From contig NC_043009.1 of assembly GCF_006345805.1 (NCBI RefSeq), forward strand, positions 65,844,001 to 65,908,000: 64,000 nucleotides of DNA, in the 5' to 3' direction. Below are positions 27,749-42,260 of the stretch, one piece after another; the first letter of the stretch is position 1, and every line of letters begins with the position of its first letter. The notes under the pieces were generated by a model, which was not told the DNA's origin, did not search any database, and saw only the letters and a program-made list of their open reading frames with translations. Position numbers and translations under genes: made by a program. The stretch comes from Octopus sinensis. Taxonomy: Eukaryota.

Positions 27749-29013
27749 TTAATTATTTGAGGGAATATTATTCCTAACTTACAGGGAAAAATTCAATTTA
27801 GAAATACTAAATCAAATTTCACAAAATATAATATATATAAAAATTAGAAAAAAACCACCTTTTATCAATTCAAAATGAACAATTAAATTGCACCATCTGG
27901 AAAATTACATATCCTTTCTAGATGGTATAGGAATATCCTTCAAAGATGAATTCCAAAAGAGTGGATCTATTTTACCTCTATATATACATATATATATTTA
28001 TATAAGCCTCTTACTAGTGAAACATTGTAAAAATTGAAACCCCTTAATTTTTCTGGCAGAGTTAAGTGCTCTTTAAACAACACTTAATATATACAATACG
28101 CTACTTAAGTTTCATGGCTAAGTAGCTATCATCTCTCCACCTAAATTGCAACACTAAATTTAGAATGCTGAAACATCTAATCATTTATGAAACTTGAAGA
28201 GTAACATTGTACATCTTAAGTGTTGCATGAAGATTACACTTACCTTTCTCTTACTTTCTATCATATATATATATATATAAAACTTAAAAATTAGATGAAA
28301 CTTAGATATGTTTCGACCAAAGATTGGTCCAGGCCATGTCTAGCTTAATAGCACCACCTGATAGGATTATCTAAATCCTTTTTAAGTTAAGTTTTATGGT
28401 ATTATGGTCCATTCAAGTAGTGAGTTCTTGGTGAGTGAGTTGAATCCAGGTATGGGTAGCTTGTCTGGTATTCCTGGAAGAAATTTGTTCAGATTCCATT
28501 TAAAGGTGATGGGATCCTTTTCCTCTTTGATCAGTTTTATATATATATATAAATACACGTGTAAAATATATAATGTATACAATTATCTATATATCCATAT
28601 AAATACATTTATACATAAATATTCCTATACAAACATGTCTCTCTCTATATATATATTTCTATATATACATGTTCCTTATGATGTGTGTATGCATATATAT
28701 ATATATATAATGTACCTACACACAAACGTTCAATTTTCCATGTTTCTATGAGCTGGACGGAGTTTATTGAGGCATATTTTCTACAACCAAATGCCCTTCT
28801 TGTCACTGACTCTCACCTGATTCCAAGCAAAGTACCAGTTCCCATTCAGACATATTTTCATGGAATATTGAAAATTAATGTCACAGCCCTAATGACTGTG
28901 ACCTTCATTTACAGCTATCGTATGGTCTATACAAGGAGACACAAATATACATTGTATATATGTACATAGGTATTATGTATATATATATATATATATATAC
29001 ACAAACACACACA

Positions 29014-29070
<57 letters not shown>

Positions 29071-29079
29071 TATATAAAA

Positions 29080-29400
29080 CAGGAGCACTCTGTCAGTTAC
29101 GATGACGAGGGTTCTAGCTGATACAATCAACAGAACAGCTTGCTCATGAAATTAATGTGCAAGTGGCTGAGCACTCCACAGACACATGTACCCTTAACGT
29201 AGTTCTTGGGGAGATTCACCGTGACACAGTGTGACAAAGCTGGCCCTTTGAAATACAGGTACTACTCACTTTTGCCAGCTGAGTGGACTGGAGCAACGTG
29301 AAATAAAGTGTCTTGCTCAAGGACACAATACACCACCAGGAATCGAACTCACAATTTTATGATGATGAGCCGGATGCCCTAACCACAAAGCCACGAACCC
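29080..29400 (-). mobile_element. SINE family D (tRNA head, V-domain-like tgtgtccttgagcaagacactt)
   Basis: The minus strand reads gtggctttgtggttagg...gagttcgattcc (A/B boxes), then tgtgtccttgagcaagacactt. Relic copies at about 44600-44810 and 42985-43160. Confidence 0.7.
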
Positions 29401-32400
29401 TCCCTATATATATATATATATATTGATCTTGTTACATCAAAATAGAATCATTATATATATATATGATTCTATTTTGACATACCAAGATCAATAACTAGTT
29501 GTGGAGCTTTATACTTATAATGCACAATATTCCTAAGCTCTGGTGGTGAGATGGTTTGAATTCACATGACTTCAGCTCCAAACACTTATATGAAATGGAA
29601 GATAAGTACAGACTGTAATATTAAATAATAAATGAATGAGTTTAAAACAGGAGTTACATTCATGAGCTTACCACTATTTCAGCTACAAGGAACTGTGCAG
29701 CCAGGGTGCCAGTATGACATCTTACAGCTTCATCAGAGCCTTATCATGAAGTATCATCAAAATTATCATCTTAGTTTTAACATCTAAGTTTCCATGCTTG
29801 CATGGGTCAGATTGAGTTCTTTCAGACAGATTTTCTATGGGTGCATACCCTTCCCGGTGCCAACCCTCACCTGCTTCCAAACAGGGTTTTAATGTTCCTA
29901 TGGTGAGATATGTTCTCATGGAAGATTGGAAATGAATGACACCAATTATAATATGTCAAAATTCAACACATTCACACGCACAAACACAAAACAGAACACA
30001 CACACACATGTGCACATGCATTGACTCCAAATATTTGCATGTATACACACATACATGCACAAATATCCTGTCGATGTTGTTGAAATTCCAATGAGAGAAC
30101 CAAGTCTAGGTTAAAAAACAAGATCTTTTTCCATTGGCAAAAACAAAAAAAAAACTGGAAATAAAATTAATTACATACATACATACATCCGACAGGCTTC
30201 TTTCAGTTTCTGTCCCCCAAATCCGACATGATTTTGGTTAGGCAGGAGCTACATGAAAAGAAACAGAGCCTGAAACCATGTGGTTGAAAACCAAACTTTT
30301 TAATTCCATAGCCATGCCTGCACCTTTATTACCGTATTTGTATTTTGGGACTGAGACTCACAAATGCATGTAGACAAACACACACACACATTCTTTCACA
30401 TTCCATTTTACATGCTAGCATAGGTGGTTTCCACAAATTTGGACAATTAAATATGATTAAGAATCTGCTTTTTAGGTGTTTCTTTGACATGTCTAAATGG
30501 TTATTTATGAAGATATGATAAAACATGTTATCTCAACACTGAAATACAGTCGTGTCCGTGTGACACTACAACTTTTTGTAACAAAATATTCCAATCTGAC
30601 CTTCATTGATACAAGGTCACAATGATTTAAGGGTCACTCAAGTTCACTCCTTACCTGATACCTATTTTAGCAATCTTCACGTTTAACTGATGACAACAGG
30701 ATTTGAACATGGAGTTTAAAGAAAGGGAATTGGTATTAATGGCAATAATAATTCTAATTTTAACACAAGGCCAGCAACGTTTTGAAGAGATAGGGGAGTT
30801 GATTACATCTTATCAACACCAAAAGACTGAATGTCTAAGTTGATCTTGGCAGAACTTGAACTCAGAACGTGAAGAGCTCGAATGATAGCAACAATAACAA
30901 TTTCTTATAATCAGCACAAATTCTTCAAGTTCTTAGGAAGAAATCAGTTCTTAATATCCACATTGGAGAATCAAAACCCAAACCAGAAAAAACAATGATG
31001 GAGAAAAATGAGATTAACTCAAGAATGGCTGGACCAACTTTATGTAGTTGGCACTGTCAAGGAATTGAGGTTCCCCGTAGAAAATGGTTAAAATAGTTTG
31101 AAAAGTATCTGTATCATCATCATCATCATCATCATCAACATACATTTTTATAGTGTCTTCATATCTTATTGAAAGTTTTGATTAGCCTAGTTTGCACAAA
31201 CACACAGACAATATTTATACATAATAGATTATGCATTTATTTCAGTATGGATGCACACACACACACACACACATACATACATACATATATAAACAGGAAG
31301 TATACAAAATCAAACACATACTCACTTGTACACACACACACATATAAAATACACATAGAATAAGCATGTGTTGATTTGTGTTGCAATATACAAAGCAATA
31401 TTAAAAATGACACAATACACACACATGTGTGAGTATGTATATGTGTGTACATATATATATATATATATATATAATTTTTTCTTTTACTTACTTTCACTGG
31501 TGTTGATGCTACTCTATTTCAATAACTGCGATACATAATTTATATTATGTTATATATATTGATAAAGAAATATCACACATGCTTATGCACACTCACAATA
31601 GACACACACAGATGTTTATATTTAGGACAAACACACACATTTATGATATAAACGCAATATACACACCGACATATATATTTGAGACACACACTCACACATA
31701 CATACAATAATATGTATGATATACACATAGATATTTATGACACACACCCACATAATATTTATGATATTCACACACAATATTTGCATTATATACACACATA
31801 TTATTACCTTTTTTCCTTTTCTTGTAGGTGCATAACCACAAACCCCTTCATTGGAATTTCTTTGCACACAACCACACTATCAAAAATAAATTCCTTTTTG
31901 CATTTTTAAAACACTTTTTGCCTTAATTGAACTTCTGTTTGGTTCTTTAAATATTTTCTCCTTCCTTTTTCTTGATTCAAAAAAGAGTGAAATCCTTTTG
32001 AAGAACAATTTTTTTAAACAATATTTTAGGAGTTTGGAAGAGTCCACCTCAAATCCTTTTAATATTTTAGAAAGAAAACAGAACTATTTTCCTCTATTGG
32101 TTCTTTGAAGTTTGGAATAGATGAACAGAAAGCATTTTCAAAAGAAATTCTATCATATATATATATATATATTTTTCATTTTTAACTTCAGAATTCAGTA
32201 TTTATTTTGTTGGTCTTCATGCAGTAGGGGTTGAGGTTTTGTTGTAGCAATGGGAGATGTGAAAATTGATATCTGGAAAACCTCACTTATAATTCATCTC
32301 AGATAAATAATTGAAGACCAGGTCTTCTGTATAAACTTGCAACACATACATGCACACACACACACACACACACATCTGATATATGTGTGTGCTTAACTAT

Positions 32401-32686
32401 TAATAGTATTTATTATTTATTTAAAAAAAAAAACAATTTGATTTTGCCAAATGCAACTTAGTTTCATTGGTGGCTTGGCACAGGAACTTAGCTCATCAGA
32501 TTCAGGCAACTGAATATAGATATATATATACACATACACTCACACACACACACTTATATATATATATTCATATACACTCGTACAATCAGCATTGTTTTCC
32601 ATGCTAGTATATGAGTCAGAACAGACGAAATTCATTGAACCAGATTTCTTACGGCTGGATATTCCACCACTTACCATTCTTCAATT

Positions 32687-33051
32687 CAATTCTGTATTTA
32701 AGAGATGAGGAATTATGTACATTATTTACATTTGACTGATATTTGTTCCTCATCTTGTTTGTTGTTAACACAACATTTCAGCTGATACACCCTCCAGCCT
32801 TCATCAGGTGTCTTGGGGAAAATTTCGAACCTGGGTTCTCATTCCTAAGGTATTTTTCGATGTTGTTATTATTATTATTATTCAGGTCACTGCTTGAAAT
32901 CGAACTCGGAATCTTGGGGTTAGTAGCCTGCGCTCTTAACCCCTATGTCATATGCCCAAAGTTATATCAGCCAAAATGTTGTGTTAACAACAAACAAGAT
33001 GAGGAAAAATATCCGCCAAATGTAAATAATGTAAATAATGTAAATAATGTA
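32687..33051. mobile_element. Family E element (tRNA head plus hammerhead motif): full minus copy plus inverted partial copy, 12-bp TSD
   Basis: cattcttcaatt flanks both sides (32675-32686 and 33052-33063). Hammerhead motif at 32768-32811 on the minus strand. Confidence 0.8.
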
Positions 33052-33449
33052 CATTCTTCAATTGTTTCCAAGCTGAATAACACTTTACAATCACAGGACA
33101 TATTTTCAGGGAAGATCGAAAATTAATTATACCACTTCAATCACATCAGGCTGAGGCAAAGAGGCACAAACAAATAGATGCACACACACATACATACACA
33201 CAGACAGACAGAGGCATATACAGAGGTAGGCATTAGGAAGGGCATCCAGCTGTAGAAACCATGCCAAAGCTGACACTGGGACACAGTGAAACCCTCGGAC
33301 CCATTGGATTCTACCGAAGCATCCTTTCCGTGCCAATATGAAATGTAGATGTTAAATGATGTATGTAAGGAGCTATTGAAAAGGCAATGAAAATGTGGTG
33401 CTCAAGCATGGCCACAACTCTTTAGGCTGAAACACGTGACAGAACAAAG

Positions 33450-33830
33450 GAATATATATATGTATAATATATATATATATATATATATACATACATATAT
33501 GTATAACACATATATATATATATACATACATATGTATAACACATATATATATATATACATACATATGTATAACACATATATATATACATATATGTATTAT
33601 ATATATATATAAATACATATATGTATTATATATATATATATATTTATATATATACATACATATATGTATTATATATATACATACATATATGTATTATATA
33701 TATACATACATATATGTATTATATATATACATACATATATGTATTATATATATATATACACATACATATATGTACAATATATATATATATACACATACAT
33801 ATATGTACAATATATATATATAGGTACCTG
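33450..33830. repeat. AT-rich minisatellite (tatatatacatacatatatgtat-like units)
   Basis: Direct inspection. Confidence 0.9.
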
Positions 33831-34864
33831 TTACATATTCAAATTGTATTCATATGTTTGACTATATATGTATATACACACACACATATATATAAATATG
33901 CACCATAGACACACTCCCAAATGTGTGTGTGTGTACATTATCCATGTGCATAGAATTTGTAATATATATGGAAGGCATAAAAATATAATTAAGAACAAAA
34001 GCACATATATATATATATAGACAGATTAATACATGCTACAATACAAAAGTCTGTGCATGTTTATATTCACATAATTATAATGAAGATATTTTAATTACAC
34101 AGCACTAACGAACACACTCATAATTTTGGCATTTTCATTTGAGAAATGGGTGGCTAAATCATTTAAAGTTCCATCTATATTTTTGAAATATTTTATTTCA
34201 ATTATTTCACAACCTGAAGAATAAAAAATAAACAATAATAAAACGAAAAACACAAAGAACCTCCCATCAGCTTTGTTTTTTAGCTTTTGTTGAAAAAAAA
34301 AAAACAACAATCGAATATCGTCATCATCATCATCAGTATCATCATTGCAAGTCCCAGGGAAATATGAATCTACACCAACAACCGTCAGGTGTCTCCCACA
34401 TACACACACGCATTAGCAATATTATTCATTATATAGCATTACCAAATATATTGCTTATTGCATATTAATTATTCCATCAAATCATACACACACACACACA
34501 CACGGTTAAAATCTACAAGCTATCAACCCATCTCCAATCTTCACCTGACATTATTATATACAGGTGTATATTACATACAAATACAATAACATATACCCTT
34601 AATTATAGTTATCCTTTTAATCATAATTTTAATAATAATAATAATAATTAACTATAAGGTCTTTTCTTCCCATGTTAGCCACTTGAGATGATCGTTATTT
34701 TAAATAATGGTCTTATCCTTATTCACACAATAATATATATATATATATATACCAATATATATTCATCACTGTTTTGTTGTACCTGTCATACATGCATGTA
34801 TTATATATATATATATATATATATACATACACACACACACATACCATTTAATGTCCACTATAAT

Positions 34865-35194
34865 TACCATATTTGACAGCCTATAAGACGCACAAGTGCA
34901 TAGGACACACCCTAGCCTAGGCTATACTTTCATAAAATAAATTACCACTAAAATGTTTTAATTCCTCCACTTACCTGTACAATTCTATGTTAATACAGGT
35001 AATTATAAGCAATTTAATACATCCACATTTAATATAAACATACCATAGGTGATTGTTCACCAATAGATGGCAGCACACATTTTGTAAACATGCAAGTTTT
35101 GAGCCTACATTGAGTGAATTGGGAGCAGGGGGATTTTTAAAGCCATTTTGGGGTAAAAAAAAATGGTGCGTCTTATAGGCCATCAAATATGGTA
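34865..35194. mobile_element. pogo/Tigger-type MITE with TA target duplication
   Basis: TA-ccatatttgacagcctataagacgcac ... gtgcgtcttataggccatcaaatatgg-TA (about 27-bp TIRs). Confidence 0.85.
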
Positions 35195-35979
35195 AATCTA
35201 ATTGTTCAGATTGTTCTTTACTAGTACACACGACCAGGAAGAACATGCCTTGTTTTTCCAAGCAATCTCCGAGGCACAAAGCACATTATAAAACCCTGCC
35301 CAGCCACGTATCTTCATAGTAAGGATCTATTAGGGACCCTTGGCTTAATTACAGGATACAAGAAATGTTACTTATCTCTCATTAGATGGAGTACATTTTT
35401 GCTTTGTTGATCTTACTTTAATGAAATGGTAAACTATATACACACACAGACATATACATATATACACACATGCACATATATTATACACACACAAATACAT
35501 ATATTATATACACACACAGACACACAAACATATGTATTATTTTAGAAAGCAATATACATTCATACATGCAGTAACTCTTCAGAATACATATATCACTTAT
35601 ACATGCAACCAACACACTTCCATACCTTACCATACATAATTTACATGCATGTATGTGTGTATGGATATTCATACACACCCCTTTCAAATTCTACCAGCTC
35701 TACAAGTCTCAATTCTTATATTCCCATCATATACACTCACTCACTTTCATAGACTGTTTATTTCTTTAAGCAAAAATTACTACCACCACCACACACACAC
35801 ACACCATCACCTTCATGACACCTACACTAATAATAACAGCACCAAATTACTCTCTCTCTCTCTCTCTCTCTCTCTTGACCCCATCAAATGCAAACTCCCG
35901 TTTTTCACCAAAGTCCACTCATGACGACCACCACCACCACCACCATTGCAAACACTGCTATCCACTGCATATAGTAATT

Positions 35980-36197
35980 AATGGTTTCAAATTTTGGCAC
36001 AAGGCCAGTGATTCCAGGGGGAGAGGATAAGTCGATCCCATCGACCCCCAGTACACAACTGGTACTTGTTTTATCGACCCTGAAAGGATGAAAGGCAAAG
36101 TCAACCTCGGCGGAATTTGAACTCAGAACGTAAAGGTGGATGAAACGCCACTTAGCATTTTACTTGTCGCGCTAACGATTCTTGCCAGCTTGCCGCT
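35980..36197 (-). mobile_element. SINE family A (second tail type)
   Basis: Family A head and core, with tail ...ggccttgtgccaaaatttgaaacc. Confidence 0.82.
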
Positions 36198-36659
36198 TCA
36201 CTGCATATAATAATATTAACTGCATTAATGTTAGATCAAGCCATCCCTTAGCTTAGGCCAGACAAGAATAAGAAAAGATAAAAAAAAATTGTTTTAAATG
36301 AAAGCAAAAGCTGAGGGGTCATGTGCCACAAGGGCATCATTCACCCTCAGTTTTCTTCAGACTAGCAAAATTAAAATAACAAATGAATTTAAAAACAAAC
36401 AATAATAATAATAATAATAATAATAATAGACACCAGATTGTGTCGTTTGGTTTAAATTTCTCTTCATCTGTTTATTATTGTTCGTTCAAATTGTTATTAT
36501 TATTATTATTATTGCGGCTGTTGTTGTTGCTGTTGTTGTTGATACAGTTTATGTCTTGGCTTGAAATTTCATTCTTGTGCTTCTACGTTCTTCATGTTTC
36601 CAAGGAGTGAAGAGTCTTAAATTCTAGTTTCCGTAGACATACCTGGAAGGTGGGCTTGG

Positions 36660-36728
36660 CTGTGTGTGTGCATGAAAATGTATGCATGTGTGTGTGTGTG
36701 CATGAATATGTGTGTGTGTGTGTATATA

Positions 36729-36770
<42 letters not shown>

Positions 36771-37321
36771 CAACTGTATGTGTGTTTGTATATATATATA
36801 TCTATATTAATATATATATACACACACACACATGTATACATGCACATATATGCATATATATGTGCATGTGTGTATATACATATCTGTATATGTGTATATA
36901 TTTATATACATCTGTATATGTGCGTGTGTATTTATATATACCTGTATAGGTATATATACATCTGTATGTGTGTGTATATATACACATCTGTGTATGAATA
37001 TATATATGTTACAGATTATATATATATATATACAATCTGCATGTGTAAAAATGTATGTGTATATATACACGCACACACGTGTGTGTGTATAATATATATA
37101 TATATACACACAATCTGCATGTGTAAAAATGTATATGTATCTGCATGTATATATACACGCACACACGTGTGTATATATATATTTATATATATATATACAT
37201 ATATATATTTATGTATGTGTCAGTGTATTATATACATACATATGTGTGTATATATATATTATATATATACACACACACACATATATACATATACATCTGC
37301 ATATGTATGTATGTATGTATG

Positions 37322-37352
<31 letters not shown>

Positions 37353-37866
37353 TTACACACACGTATACATATACATATTTATAGACAAACATCTGTCAAC
37401 GAGAAAAATGTTATAGAGTGCTTAACATTATAGACATAGAATATAATATATATATATATATACACACACACATATATATAGTATACATGCTTTTGTGTGT
37501 GCGTGCGAGAGAAACACTTCATAATTTCTGTTTGACATAAATGTTTGCTTCTGTATACATACATATATAACATCACATACGTGTATGTATGTCTCACTGT
37601 GTCTGTGTGTGTGTGTATATATATATATCTCACATGTGTACATACATCATGTATGTATAAATATATGTATACACATGTACATGAAAATATAAAACATTTC
37701 CCAATGACATGCATATATATGCACATTAAATTGATATCATTACACATATACATCCACCCATACATACACACACACACACACACATCCACAATTGGTTCCT
37801 TCCAAAATATAGACACACGATTTATGCAGAAAATATACAACTCACAGTGTGCACCTACACATACTG

Positions 37867-37924
<58 letters not shown>

Positions 37925-38030
37925 TATATATATATTTATGAGTGTATACACCCACATATGTATGTAATACATACTTATATAAACACACATACATACATTC
38001 ACACAGATATACCACCAATGCATGCAATGT
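36660..38030. repeat. Long compound (TA)/(TG)/(CA) low-complexity region
   Basis: Direct inspection. Source of many IYIY ORFs. Confidence 0.9.
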
Positions 38031-40339
38031 AAAAAATATAAAATAAAATAAAATTTATTATATTCTTAAACTCAGAAGGAAAAAAAAACACCATCACAAA
38101 CACATTGAAAAATAATGAGTGGAGTGGGGGGAGAAAAAATGTTTATTATTGCTTTAACGATAATTGGATAAATAATTTGTTTATTGCTTTTTGTTTTTCT
38201 CTTTATTGCTTTTTTATTTTACCTTTTAATATTTATTGCTTTTCAAATTTTTTTCAATGTTTAGTTTCTTTGCTTTTTTTTCATTTTATATACGTGTGTG
38301 TGTGTGTGTGTGTGTTTTGTTTGATGTGTCTATGTGTCTGTGATGCATGTATGTGTTTGAAAATATGTATGTGTATATAATGTATATATACACACTCACA
38401 CAGGTATGTGTGTGTAGACATACATATATATATATATATGTATGTATGTTATACATACATGTATGTTATGTAATTTGTTATTGTAAATTATTATTGCTTT
38501 GAATTCTTCTTTTTTTTCTTTTTCAAAATACAAAAACTCACCCTCATTTAACCCACCCTGATTAAATTGTTTTAGGGAAGAGAGACAGACAGACAGACAA
38601 GAAGAGAATGAGAAGAGAGATGGATACACGTGTCAGGAGAGAAGAAGATTGGACAGAAAAACACAGACTACAGGTAAGAAGTTGAGGGGAGAAGAGGGTG
38701 GACCTTGGAAAGAGATGGCAGAAGAGTTTCATTATTATTATTATTATTATTATACACAATAGTGCAGATAATTAGGATTCATTAACCTTTCAGTAATCAG
38801 AAGAATCCATCAATCGGTGATTAGCACTACTAACTTTTATTCTGGGATTTTTAATTGCACTGCTTTCCAGTGTTGGCACAAGGCCACCAATTTCAGGAGA
38901 GGGGGAGGGGGTAAGTCAATTACATCGAACCCCAGTATTCAACTGGTATTTATTTTATCGACCCCCAAAAAGATGAAAGGCAAAGTCTACCCTGGCATCA
39001 TTTGAACTCAAAACGCAAAATCAGAAGAATTGTCACTAAGCATTTTGTCTGCCATGGTAACAATTCTGCCAGCTTGCCACTTTGATATCCTAGTAATCAA
39101 CAGGTACTTGTTTTAACGACCGTTGATTATTATAGCAATGTCTGCTGTAATTTAACAGGGATTAATTTTAGGAGAGGGACAGAGAGCAATATTTTATTTT
39201 GGTTCAGTCTTCACTGCATCACGTAAAGGACCATATCAAAATAATGCATAGCATTTTCCCCAATATTCTGAAGTATCCCCTAATCTACTGCACACACATA
39301 CACACACAAGAGAGAGAGAGAAAGAAAGAAAGGTTATGTGGGGAAAGGGACTATGTGGGGGTGGAGAATAGAAAGAGAAATAATATGAAGGTTGGAGAAA
39401 ACCAAAGAAACTGACCAGAGACAAAAGAGAGAGGACACGGGAGATTGTAGGCCTGCATTCCTGTTTGAGAGGCATATTTCTGTATTTAATATGAATTCGG
39501 CATGGAAGGATGCATACTAGCAATTCAATACCACATTGTTTACTTGAACATCTATTATTTGGTGTCAGCCTCTTCCTCACACTAACTGCACCCTGGTCAC
39601 TGACATGATTCCACTGGCTTAACATGAATGCAATTGATTTAGTTTCAACACCTGGTCTCTGATCAACTTACTTGCCTGGCAAGTAGAGGTGTAGCTAATT
39701 GGTTACGACTGGCTGCATAGATAACAAAGAAAACAGTTTGCTACAAAAGAGTTCCTGAACATTCCTGGTAGCATCAAAGCTACTAGGCACCAATGAAGGG
39801 AGTGGTACTGTCAAAAGGTATCAAAACAATTGTGATCCCCAGATGGCAGCAGATGAAGGGAATGTTGTGTAGTCCAAATGCTATGTAATACTTATTTATA
39901 CGTAAATGTTTGTGTGTGTGTGTACATATGTGAGTGTGAGAGAGAGAAAAAGAGAGAGATATGCATATGTACACCTGTGTGGTTTCATACAGGTATCTTT
40001 GTGTGGATGCTGCTGAGCAACTAAGATATAGTGGCATATCGCAGTGATGTCCTTCATCACATGACATACTTCTGTTACACAAGTTCTAAAGATCTCCTGT
40101 TTGAAAATAGGAAAATGGAATTATTTACATAGACACCTATGATACAAACACACTTCTTTTGACATACATATTTCCCACAATGCACACAGACAGGATGTCA
40201 AAAATAGAATGCATGTATCTACATACATACATACAAACATATATATGTATTTTATATATATATATGTGTGTTTGAATTGTGTAACATATATATAATACGA
40301 TAGTGTACAAATGTATTCCATATAACTAAAGGTTGAGAG

Positions 40340-40380
<41 letters not shown>

Positions 40381-41574
40381 TACCACAGAAAAGATAGAAT
40401 ATGCGTTTTTGTCAGCAGCATTATGAAATTTCAAAAGAACAGTGCATATATAAGAAACATCTCTCAGACAACAGCAATCAAAACCCTGGTGTGCATATGA
40501 TGCAATCCTGTTGCAGTGGAACTAGTTTTACTTCCAGCCCCACTCTGGATCTGTCCTCAGAAGAGGACTCAGTATTCTAGTAATAGGAATTAGACCACAA
40601 CAAATTGGTTATCTTTTTGTAGACCCCCTCATAGACAGATTAGCCTGTTGATTCAAAATGTGGTTTTAATTTTGGTGCTAAATAACGGCAAGATGCTTCT
40701 TTAAGCATCTTCAAACACCATATTACAATATGCACCAAAATGCAACTTCTCTGACTGTTGTAACCACTGCTGCTGCAATTTAACTAATTTGCCTGCACCT
40801 GCTCTTTATGCCAATCTGAGTAATCACTGATATGTGCCTGCTGCATTGCACTTTGGCTGCAATGCAATGTGAGTGCAATGTGGCAGCATTGTAACAGCAA
40901 TCTGGTTGAAATCTAGCTAAAAAAAAATTAAAATATAACAGCAAAAACAGGGAAGTGGAGGAGAACAGTTGCAGCTGAGTTGCAGAGATCTAAATCCCAC
41001 TGAATGTCAGGTCAATGATTTCTCGTATGTTGAGACTTGTGTTGGGCTGGGATTCAGCGAAAGAGGTGCCGATAAATATTCTTGGTCGATGGTCACTGTC
41101 GATGGTCGTTGTGGAATCCTCCTTCCTAGAACACTTTCAGCAGCAGCTGCACATTAGCAACAACCTTGTTGCAACCAAGCATTAACCAAAATACTGCATT
41201 GCAATCCAGTTCCACAGATGTACAACCAACATAGGCAAACCTCAAGAAAAGTAACCAACTAACAAATACATGTCCCCAATAATAATAATAACAATAGTAA
41301 TAATAGTAATAATAATAATGGTTTCAAATTTTGTTACAAGGCCAGTAAATTTAGGGGTCGGTTAAGTTAATGATATTAACCCCAGTGCTCAACTGGTACT
41401 TATTTTATCAACCCCAAAAGAATGAATGGTAGAATCATCGTTGGCAGAATTTGAATTTAGAACATAGAGGCAGAAAAGAATTGTCAGTAATGATTTTGTT
41501 AACGATTCTGTCAGCTTATTGCCAATGACAAAGGCAACTATACACTAATTTGTATCAATTCATACATGCTGCAA

Positions 41575-41990
41575 GATCATGGCAAACTGACCAGATATTG
41601 TTATTGAGGATCGCCAAGAAAGGAAGCATTTCCTGACTCAAGTACCAGTCCTAACAGATAATAATGAATTCCTCAAAGCAATGGAGAAACTATCCAAATG
41701 TAAAGAACTAGAAATGGAGATAGCTAATACACAGGGTTTGAAAAAGGGAAACAAACCCTACAACAATAGTTGGTCCTTGGTCATGTTTAAAAATCATGAC
41801 AACGACCACATACATAACCAAAAATCTCAGGGCTTACACCTATACATGACACATGCATCGAAGTACCACAAGGCAAGTACATACATCACATATATTACAA
41901 AGAGTACTTTGAATACAATGAAGAGTACAAATCAAAACACAATCCACACCCAAGGCCCACAAAGCTGCACTCATTGGGGCAGTGAAAGCA
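41575..41990 (+). mobile_element. R4/Dong-like non-LTR retrotransposon relic, restriction-like endonuclease region
   Basis: Translates N*PDIVIEDRQERKHFLTQVPVLTDNNEFLKAMEKLSKCKELEMEI (cf. RPDIV..D......IDV.VP.D.N...KE.EK..KY..L..EI) and later HKAALIGA. Lies among (AAT)n tracts. Confidence 0.7.
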
Positions 41991-42222
41991 TACATACAAA
42001 AAAACAAAAACAAAACAAATTTACTGAAATAATACTAATATAGGGACGAGACTAGAAAATTTGTGATGATTTAGTCAAATTGACCCCATTTTTCTTTTTT
42101 TATTGGCCCCACAGGGATTAAAGTCAATGCTGACCTTGGTGCAATTTGAACTCAGAACAACTGGAACAAGGTAATTTTTCTAATACTTTTATAATTTTAC
42201 CAATACACTGCAACACTACCTA

Positions 42223-42260
<38 letters not shown>

